64,000 nt of DNA from positions 56,264 to 120,263 of the forward strand of contig CAWAWS010000008.1 of assembly GCA_963785725.1 (NCBI GenBank), read 5' to 3'. The notes beneath the pieces were generated by a model. It ran no database searches, was not told the DNA's origin, and was given only the letters and a program-made list of their open reading frames with translations. The position numbers were made by a program, and so were the translations under genes. Of this stretch, positions 54,780 through 64,000 are shown one piece after another. The DNA is from an uncultured delta proteobacterium. GTDB taxonomy: Bacteria; Myxococcota_A; Polyangia; Palsa-1104. Numbering within the stretch: the first letter of the stretch is position 1; each line of letters opens with the position of its first letter.

Positions 54780-55502
54780 TGTACGGGCTTCATTTGCAGT
54801 TAGTAGTAACGACCGCCCTCATTCTGACTTTCTCCCCCGGGGAGAAGGGACAGCGATTGCAGGCGTCTCTTTACGCGGTTGGGTGTCGGGCGAATCCAGT
54901 CAGGCTGTTTTTCGACCCGAAATGGTATTAAAATGACCTTGAAATGACCGTTTTTTGACGTGTTTTTTACATGCATTTTGCATGGCATGTTTTTGTATTA
55001 TTCTTATTTAAAGCAATTTAGATATTTTTAAATTGGGTTCGTTTGGTAATTTCGCCTTTTATTTGGAGCGGACATGGACCAACCCCTATTTTTAAACACA
55101 GAAGGAAACGAAGCTAACGAAGGAAAGACAGGAACCGGAATTAAAATAAGGAAGGCAGGAAGGCAGGAATGGGTGAAAACATTCGATTTCAAGCCCCAGG
55201 CCCCAGGCGTCCAAACTCCGAGCGTCGCGGACGACGATTTATATTTATTCATCACCCGCGAGTATGACAGGTCCGATTTAAAAGAAAACGGGACCATCCC
55301 GTTTTAATGAAGATTCTTGGGGCGATTTAACGAATTGCGATTTACGAATGAGGAAAGCAGGAAGGCTGGGTTGACACGGATTTCACGGATTGACACGGAT
55401 TTCGTGATTTACGATTTACGAATGAGGACCTTCGCCAATCCTCCTTCGCTGAGGCTTCGGAGGACAGGCCTTCGCGTTCGCGCGACTCCCCCTCCCCGCC
55501 AA

Positions 55503-55539
55503 TTGGGTCCATGGTGTCGATCATCGACCGTCACGCTGG
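55503..55539 (-). repeat. 37-bp repeat copy E
   Basis: Exact reverse complement of copy A. Confidence 0.9.
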
Positions 55540-55622
55540 TGGGAGACAACTGTGAAAGCGAAACTTTCAACTTGAGCGCGACCACGGTGTCTGATTAACT
55601 CTGTGGCTCGCATTTGCGCGAT

Positions 55623-55708
55623 GGTAGGTTACCCAAGTGGCCAACGGGGGCAGACTGTAAATCTGCTGGCTTACGCCTTCTCTGGTTCGAATCCAGAACC
55701 TACCACCA
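55623..55708 (+). tRNA. tRNA-Tyr (GTA), second copy
   Basis: Reverse complement of 51911-51996. Confidence 0.95.
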
Positions 55709-55811
55709 CCTCTTTTCAAGGGTGAAACACAGGTTTTAGCTAAATAATTCAATGGTTTTCTGATTTTCAGCTTTTGAAATAATGCGCTTCTGTGCTTTTG
55801 CGTTCTCTTGC

Positions 55812-55979
55812 GTTGTGGGTGTGAAGAATATTATTGGTGTTCACTATGACACTTTTACTTTTATAAAAATTGAACACCAAAAAGCAATTCATTCCTTCAG
55901 AGATTCCGGCCTGAAACTTCATTTGCTTGATATTGGAAGTGTTGTGGAATTAGAAACTTTTAAGCCGTTGGAGGTTTGA
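55812..55979 (+). pseudogene. C-terminal fragment of an MBL-fold metal-dependent hydrolase (UPF0173-like)
   Basis: IIGVHYDTF..IKI motif; AT-rich; no upstream part. Confidence 0.55.
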
Positions 55980-56564
55980 AATCGATGTTTTCCATCAGTT
56001 CTGCCGCAGCATATTTTCCGACTGGTCAGGGCCTGATCCCGACCAACAGTTTTCACTTTTGAAATAAATCCGATATTCTTGTATTCAGTTAGCGCTTCGC
56101 TGACTTTGGGGGCGGAGGTCGGAATCGGACGCGTCTCGCCTTCCACAAGCCACTCGAAATCAACTGTCTAAATCATCACCGTTGCCTTGATATTAAAGGC
56201 GTTTGTGATTTAAGTCAAGTAAACTCCAGCCGACTTTTCTTAACTCCATTTTACTCTCCACCGATGAGGTTTGTTGGCACTTCTGCTGGCACTTTTCAAA
56301 TGCCTTTTTCGGTTGGCTGGTCAGCCTCGAACTGCCGCACGCCCACCGTCGCTATCTGTTTTTTTGGTGAATGAGCGCCCACGTTGGATTCGAGTTCAAC
56401 CGGCACGGTGCGGAACGAGAAAAATGAAAAGTTTTTCCTCCCCGGCGTCTGTTGAAACGCAACCATTTTTCCCTGCCCGAAAAATTCATGGACCATCCCG
56501 TCACCACTAACATCCACTGGATTCTGCGGATGAATAAGGTGTTCACCCCATTGCGGGTGACGCT

Positions 56565-56685
56565 GGCAGCGGCAAAAAAGCCGCCAGCCCGCCGCCGCCG
56601 GAAGTCGGCGTGGTGACGGTCGCGACCGAGCCGCTGCCGGTGACGACAGAACTGCCCGGCCGCATTGACGCGGTGCGCTCGGCGG
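56565..56685 (+). pseudogene. N-terminal fragment of an AcrA/MexA-type RND adaptor
   Basis: GKKAASPPPPEVGVVTVATEPLPVTTELPGRIDAVRSA in a GC-rich island between AT-rich flanks. Confidence 0.7.
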
Positions 56686-56854
56686 TGGCTGGAACGAACA
56701 GTCGGCTACGCCACAAAACAGCGATTTTCGGGCAACTGGAAAAATATCTTCGCAAAATAATACCGAGGACTATCGCAGTAATTTCCGCTCGCATTATTAA
56801 ATGCATTGCCGCATCACAAAAAAACCAACCAAAACTAAACGCAATCATGACTCT

Positions 56855-57121
56855 ATGAACAAAAACAACATCTCTTACATTACGATTCACTTTTTGGACG
56901 GAACAACGCAGTGCTACGAATTTGAAATGCATGAAATTGACCCGATGAGAATTTCCGTAAAAATGGAAAAAGCCATTTCGCGTAATCAGATTTTGATTCA
57001 ATTAGCCGACAAGTTGTGTGTGATTCCTCTGCAGAGCGTAAAACAGTTTGAACTCACGCTCTCCGCGCTTCCGGCCAAGCTGCCGGAATTTGTATTCGCC
57101 AACGCTAGGCTCGTAAAATAA
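56855..57121 (+). CDS. Small hypothetical protein
   Basis: 88-aa ORF, ITIHFLDGT...VIPLQSVK, protein-like composition. Confidence 0.55.
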   Translation: MNKNNISYITIHFLDGTTQCYEFEMHEIDPMRISVKMEKAISRNQILIQLADKLCVIPLQSVKQFELTLSALPAKLPEFVFANARLVK

Positions 57122-57169
57122 TGATTCCGAAAGTAGGCATGCAAACCTACTTTTTTAATTTTCTCGGTG

Positions 57170-58419
<1,250 letters not shown>

Positions 58420-58421
58420 GG

Positions 58422-59201
58422 TCAGTTGAGTTGGGCCTCGGTTTCAACGGCGTCAAGCGCCGCCAGTTCGCTGGCGGCGGAACGGCGCGTGGCGTTGCGC
58501 GTTTCGCTGATGACCTTGCCATCGCGCATGACGATGACGCGCTTGCAATACGCGGCGATGTCGAGTTCGTGCGTGACCATGACGATGGTGATGCCGGACG
58601 AATTCAGTTCCTGAAACAGCCCCATGATCTCGATGCTCGTGCGCGAATCGAGATTGCCCGTCGGCTCGTCGGCGAGCACGAGTTCGGGACGGTTCACGAG
58701 CGCGCGGGCGATGGCGATGCGCTGCTGCTGGCCGCCGGAAAGCTGGTTGGGATGATGATCGAGGCGTTTGCCCAGCCCGACTTTTTCCAACGCTGCAATC
58801 GCCCGCTGCCGGCGTTCGCGCCGCGAAATGACCGGCGTCGCGTAAAGCATCGGCAGTTCGACATTTTCAACGGCGGTCGTGCGCGCGAGCAGATTGTAGC
58901 TCTGAAAAACGAAACCGAGCTTCCGATTTCGCAAAACCGCGAGCTGTTTGCGGTCAAGCCCCGCGACGCCGACGCCGTCGAGAAAATAATTTCCGCCCGT
59001 CGGCTGGTCGAGACAGCCGAGCGTGTTCATCAGCGTGGATTTGCCCGAACCGCTTGCGCCCATCACGGCCACGAATTCACCGCGCGCGATGTCGAGCGTC
59101 ACGCCACGAACGGCTTTCACCGCCACGTCGCCGCTCTGATAGGTTTTGGCGAGGTCGTGCAGCTGGATGACGGGCAGCTCGGTTGGAGGTGGATTGTTCA
59201 T
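58422..59201 (-). CDS. ABC transporter ATP-binding protein (MacB/LolD type)
   Basis: [29 protein letters not shown]. Confidence 0.96.
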   Translation of the reverse strand: MNNPPPTELPVIQLHDLAKTYQSGDVAVKAVRGVTLDIARGEFVAVMGASGSGKSTLMNTLGCLDQPTGGNYFLDGVGVAGLDRKQLAVLRNRKLGFVFQSYNLLARTTAVENVELPMLYATPVISRRERRQRAIAALEKVGLGKRLDHHPNQLSGGQQQRIAIARALVNRPELVLADEPTGNLDSRTSIEIMGLFQELNSSGITIVMVTHELDIAAYCKRVIVMRDGKVISETRNATRRSAASELAALDAVETEAQLN

Positions 59202-60499
59202 TGCGGAGTTTGCGGCGGCGGTGTTGGCCCGAAGCTGCTTTTGGCCGTGAAGGAAAGGGTCGAAGTCACGACCGCTGTTTTTTCATCGAGCCCTTCCAGA
59301 ATTTCCGTGTCCACGCCGTCGGTGATGCCGGCTTTCACGAGGATGGGCTTCAACGTGGAAGAATTCGCGCCGAGCGCATAAATGAGCCGCTGGCTGCGTC
59401 CGAAATCTTTCGGTGGCGATTCCTCAAATGTCACGCCTTCCGGCGGCGAATAGCGCAGCGCGGTGTTCGGAATTTTTAAAACATTTTTCCGCCCGGCCAC
59501 AAGAATCGAAACGTCCGCCGTCATGCCCGGAAACAATTTTCTCTCCGGATTGTCCACCGTGATGATCGTTTCGTAAGTCACAACGTTTTGCGTCGTCGTC
59601 GGCGACTTGCGGACTTGCGTGACCAGGCCGTGAAACGTTTCCTCGGGAAATGCGTCCACCGTGAAATCCACCGGCTGGCCTTCCTTCACCTGCCCGATGT
59701 CCGCCTCGGAAATCGAGGCGCTGATGTTCATCTTGGAAATGTCCTGAGCGACGGTGAACAGCACCGGCGTGGTCATGGCGGCGATGACCGTCTGGCCCAA
59801 GTCCACCTTGCGCGCGATGACGATGCCGTCCACGGGCGCGGTGATTTTGCAATAGCCGAGATTCGCCTGCGCGCTTTCGAGCGCGGCCTGATCGATCGTG
59901 ACCGAGGCATCGGCCTCCGCAAGTTCGGCGGTTGCTTGATCCAAGTCCAACTGCGATGCGGCCTTCAGCGGCACCAGAATTTTTTTCCGTTCCAGATTTT
60001 GCCGCTTGAGAATGACCGTCGCGTTCGCGCTCGCCAGTTCGCCTTGCGCCTGGCGCAACGCCGCTTCATAAACCGTCAGGATCAATCTCCGCGACGAGCT
60101 GGCCCTTTTTCACCGGCGAATTGTAATCCACCGCCAGCGTGGAAATTTTTCCCGAAACCTGGCTGCCCACATCCACGCTCACCACTGCGCTCAACGTGCC
60201 GCTCGCCGTGACGTATTCCGCAATGTCGCCACGCGTGGCGGGCACCGTTTCAAACTGCGCCGAGCTGCCGGATGGCTTGCAGCCGGCAAAACGCCAGCAC
60301 ACTCAAGACGCCGAGCAACGCCAGATGGATTATGATTTTCGGCTGGTGCGATGCATGATTCAAATAGGGGCTGTTTTTCTTGATGGAAATGACGCGCTTC
60401 ACCCCGGCTGGCATCGATCCAATACCGGTGCGGGCGCGCAACGGATTTCACTGGAATGATTTCCGGCGCTTCCGGTAAAAGTGTTATTTTTAATTTCAT
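59198..60499 (-). CDS. MacA-like efflux periplasmic adaptor, frameshifted, start uncertain
   Basis: VDVGSQVSGKI, VKKGQLVAEIDP, ITAPVDGIV, SEADIGQVKEGQ, LFPGMTA. Confidence 0.88.
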
Positions 60500-60517
60500 T
60501 GAATTGGATCGATGAGT

Positions 60518-61866
60518 TTATTTCCAGCCGCCGCCGAGCGCCTGATACAGCGAAATCCGGCTGATGAGTTGGTCGAGTTGCGTTGCCAGCTGGCTTTGTT
60601 GCGCGCTGTAAAGGTCTTGCTGCGCGGACAGGACGTTCAGATAAGTATCGTCGCCCTGACGGTAGCGCAGATTGGCGAGTTCATAGCGCCGCTGCTGCGC
60701 TGCAATTAACTTCACCTGCGTTTCCAGTTGCTCCGCATAACTTTGCACCGCCGCGAGCGCGTCCGCCACTTCGCGGAACGCGGTCTCGATGGCTTTCTGA
60801 TAATTGGCGACCTCGATGCGCGTGCCGATTTTCGCCGCATCCAAATCGGCGCGGTTTTGGCCGCCGGTAAAAATCGGCAGCGTTATTTGCGGTGAAAAAC
60901 TCCACACGCCGGTACCCGCGCCGAAGAGTTTTTGGAACGCCGTGCTAGTCGTGCCGATGGACCCGGTGAACTGCACGAGGGGAAAAAATGCGGCGCGCGC
61001 CGCGCCGATGTCCGCATTCGCCGCTTTCAACGTGTGCTCGGCCTCCAAAATGTCCGGGCGGCGCTCGACCATTGCGGAGGGCAGGCCGGCGGGAACTTCC
61101 GCGACTAGATTGGTTTCCGCAAATGGCCGGGGCGCGGGCAAATCCGCCGGCAGCGGTTCGCCAACGAGCAGCGTGAGATAATTTTCCGCCTGCGCCCGCG
61201 CAAGATGGTAAATCAATACGTTGATTTTGGCGGTCTGCACCTGGCCTTCCGCCGTGCGCAAATCCAGTTCGCTGCTCGCGCCCGCGTCAAAGGTCGCCTT
61301 GTTCAGCCCGTAAGATTCCTGCACCGCCGCCAAAGTTTGTTTTGCCAGTTCAAGCTGGGCCTCGGCCTGGCGCAGCGTGAAATATTGCGACGCAACTTCC
61401 GCGACGAGCGAAATCTGCGCGCTGCGTTTGGCCTCGGCGGTGGCAAAATATTTTTCCAGCGCCTGCCGGTTCAAACTGCGCACGCGGCCAAAAAAATCCA
61501 CTTCATACGCCGTCGTGCCGATGCTGGCGCTCCACGAATCCGCAGTGACGCCCGCCGCTGCAAACGCGTGAAACTGCCGCTGCCGTCAATGGTCGGAAAA
61601 GACTCCGCGCGCGTGATGCGATACTGTGCGCGGCTCTGCTCGACGTTTAACGCGGCTACCCGGAAATCAAGATTGTTCGCCAGCGCGAGTTCGATCAATG
61701 CTTTCAACCGGTCGTCGGTGAAATATTTTCCCACAGGATATCCGTAGCTGGCGTCGGGATTGGTTGCCGCCGGTTTCGGAAAGGTTCGCGCGACCGGCGC
61801 GACGGGCCGCGCATATTGCGGAATCATCGTGCAGCCAGTCAAAGCCAGCACAGCACCAAAAATCAA
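60518..61866 (-). CDS. OprM/NodT (TolC family) outer membrane efflux lipoprotein, frameshifted, extreme N-terminus missing
   Basis: LALTGC lipobox, [44 protein letters not shown]. Confidence 0.92.
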
Positions 61867-62330
61867 AATTCACTCCGCCGGTTGTCAGCCCGCCATATTT
61901 CAGGATGGAGAGCATCGTGTAGGTCGTGAGGTAAATGTTCGTGGGAAATTGGTCAGTGTCCCAGCCGAGCAGTTCGTCCCCGGTATTTGCGTCAATCGAG
62001 CCTAGTGCATTGGCCGCGCCAGCCACTTCCAGTTCATGTTGCATCGAGTGACCGGCCAGCGTCGCGTGGTTCGTTTCGATATTCAGTTTGAAGTGAGGTA
62101 GCAGATCGTATTCGCGCAAAAAGTTCAGGCACGCTGCCGCATCCGAATCGTACTGGTGCTTGGTGGGTTCTTTTGGCTTCGGTTCAATGTAAAACTGTCC
62201 TTTGAAACCGATCTGCTTTTTGTAGGCCACGGCGAGGTGCAGGAAGCGCGCCAGATGTTCCTGCTCACGCTTTATGTCTGTGTTGAGCAGGGTCATGTAG
62301 CCCTCGCGCCCGCCCCAAAACGTATAGCCC
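61867..62330 (-). pseudogene. xylA: Internal fragment of class II xylose isomerase
   Basis: [48 protein letters not shown]. Confidence 0.92.
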
Positions 62331-62403
62331 GCGCCGCTCACCGATGCGGCACTTCCTGCGGCGATCGGACAATCCTGATAGCCTCATCCGCCGGAACGCC
62401 GGC

Positions 62404-62490
62404 GCATGTTCTGATTAAGTTGAATCGGAACATGCTCTAGATTTTTCAGTTTGGTCGCGTTTTCTGCGCCGAGCCGGTGCCCACTGGAAG
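62404..62490. repeat. Alphaproteobacterial-type intergenic palindromic element
   Basis: GCATGTTCTGATT-AAGTTG-AATCGGAACATGC hairpin followed by CTAGA and CGCGTTTT...CCGGTGCCCACT. Confidence 0.5.
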
Positions 62491-62500
62491 GACGAGCGTC

Positions 62501-63761
62501 ATGTTGCTTGGCGTGATTGCCGACGATTTCACCGGAGCCAGCGATATTGCCAATACGCTCGCCCGGGGCGGGCTGGCCACGATTCAGTTCCTCGGCGTCC
62601 CCGACCGCGCCGCGCCGGCCGACTGCGAGGCGGCGGTGGTGGCGCTGAAGAGCCGGTCGATCAGTGCCGGCGAAGCAGTGCGGCTCTCCCTCGGTGCTCT
62701 CGACTGGCTGAAGGGTCAGGGTTGCCGCCAATTCGTCTTTAAATACTGCTCGACCTTCGACTCAACGCCGCAAGGCAATATCGGCCCGGTAGGCGAGGCG
62801 CTCGCCCGCGCGCTCGACGCCAAAGGCGTGCCGGCCTGCCCGGCCTTTCCGACCGCTGGCCGTACGGTCTATCAGGGGCACCTGTTCGTCGGTGACCGTC
62901 TACTCGACGAGTCCGGACTGGAGCACCATCCGCTCAATCCGATGACCGATGCCGACCTGCGCCGCTGGCTCGCGCGGCAGACGAAAGAGCCGGTCGGCCT
63001 TGTCCCATGGCCGGTCGTCCGCCAAGGCGGAACGGCGATTTGCGAAGCGCTGGCGGCGGCGGGACTGCGGGGCGAGCGGCTGGTGATCGTCGATGCCATC
63101 AGCGACGACGATCTTCTTGCGATCGGGGAAGCGTCCGCCGACGCGCCGCTGCTCACCGGCGGATCGGGGATCGCACTTGGCCTGGCGCGCAACTTCATCC
63201 GGCGCAAGCTCGCGGGCGGAGGGCTGGGCGCCTTCCGGCCGGTCGCAGGGGCGGGCGCGATCCTGGCAGGATCCTGCTCCAGGGCGACCCTTGGCCAGGT
63301 CGAGAACCACCGCCGGAAACACCCCGTGCTCGAGATCGCGGTCGAAGCGGTGATGGAGGGGAGTGTGTCGGCGGCGACACTCACGGCCTTCCTGCTCGGC
63401 CATAAGCAGGCAGGCCCCCTGGTTTATTCCTCGGCGCCGCCCGAGCGGGTCCGCGCTGCGCAGGAGAGGTTCGGGCGCGACGCTGTCGCCCGCCGGCTCG
63501 ATGCGCTGTTCGCCGAGTCGGCCCAGGCGGCGGTGAGGGGCGGCGTGCGCCGATTGGTCGTCGCCGGTGGGGGAGACCTCCGGGGCGGTGGTCACGGCGC
63601 TTGGCATCGATGCGCTTGCCATCGGACCCGAGATCGATCCGGGCGTGCCGGCGTTAGCCAGTATCGGCGGTCCGCCGCTGGCCCTCGCGCTCAAATCCGG
63701 GAATTTCGGCGCCCCCGACTTCTTCGCCAAGGCGCTCGGCATCCTCGGAAATCCCAGCTGA
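62501..63761 (+). CDS. otnK: 3-oxo-tetronate kinase (four-carbon acid sugar kinase family), frameshift in G run near 63570
   Basis: MLLGVIADDFTGASD, ALKSRS, FKYCSTFDSTPQGNIGPV, HHPLNPMTD, GETSGAV, LALKSGNFG; mostly missing from the ORF track. Confidence 0.9.
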
Positions 63762-63781
63762 CGGGCCGGTGGATTCCTGGA

Positions 63782-64000
63782 ATGCCTGACAAGACGAATC
63801 AACGTCGCATTCTGATCGGGGCATTGGCGGCCGGCATCCTGCTGGCCCCCGTCTTGTTTGCTCCTCTGGCCGCCGAAGCGGCACCGACAGTCGCCGATGC
63901 CGAGAAATTCATCGAGAACCTGGGTGGGGACGCCATCAGTTCGCTGACCGGGAAGGACCTCAGCGAGGACGTGCGCGAGCAGCGTTTCAAGGGCCTGCTG
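63782..64000 (+). CDS. MlaC/Ttg2D family ABC substrate-binding protein, runs off the window edge
   Basis: Signal peptide, then AEKFIENLGGDAISSL...REQRFKGLL. Confidence 0.7.
   Translation, partial: MPDKTNQRRILIGALAAGILLAPVLFAPLAAEAAPTVADAEKFIENLGGDAISSLTGKDLSEDVREQRFKGLL

Larger units (their letters stand above)
51860..55760. repeat. ~3.9 kb imperfect inverted duplication (tRNA-Tyr, intergenic region, 5' part of ffh) centred near 53880
   Basis: Left and right arms are reverse-complement homologs with substitutions and indels. Confidence 0.95.

Noticed and set aside
52083..55539. CRISPR array based on the 37-bp palindromic repeat
   Set aside because: Copies are hundreds of bp apart, in both orientations, with no regular spacers and no cas genes
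51860..55760. Simple fold-back (template-complement) read artifact
   Set aside because: Arm differences are codon-aware and include structured indels, unlike random read error
61667..62341. Complete short xylose isomerase ORF
   Set aside because: Internal fragment only; the tail is out-of-frame efflux gene sequence

Overview
The window is a mosaic, very probably a chimeric long-read metagenomic contig. (1) About 1-48,190 is a very GC-rich segment with Myxococcota-type gene content: two Ser/Thr kinases with PEGA/TPR partners and a myxobacterial-type ECF sigma factor, hybrid histidine kinases with an orphan CheR, many Cys/Gly-rich lipoproteins, MarR/LysR/TetR-regulated oxidoreductases, an orphan lanthipeptide-like precursor peptide, and an operon for a secreted unknown protein, a RoxA/MauG-like di-heme cytochrome c and a GMC oxidoreductase. 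A paralog of that unknown protein lies 6.5 kb away beside an HpnA/3-beta-HSD-like enzyme. (2) About 48,240-49,246 is an HTTM/DCC gene fragment that ends at a back-to-back Oxford Nanopore adapter remnant (49,247-49,276). (3) About 49,277-62,340 is lower-GC, Verrucomicrobia-like DNA: a GH92 mannosidase, a ~3.9 kb imperfect inverted duplication of a tRNA-Tyr/ffh locus joined inside ffh and carrying a dispersed 37-bp hairpin repeat, gene fragments, a MacAB-TolC-type efflux operon and a xylA fragment. (4) About 62,340-64,000 is alphaproteobacterial-like DNA (otnK, mlaC). Many single-base frameshifts look like uncorrected sequencing errors. The best biological candidates are the di-heme/GMC/unknown-protein redox module, the orphan RiPP precursor and the 37-bp repeat element. 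Taxonomic and family assignments come from motif recognition only; no searches were run.
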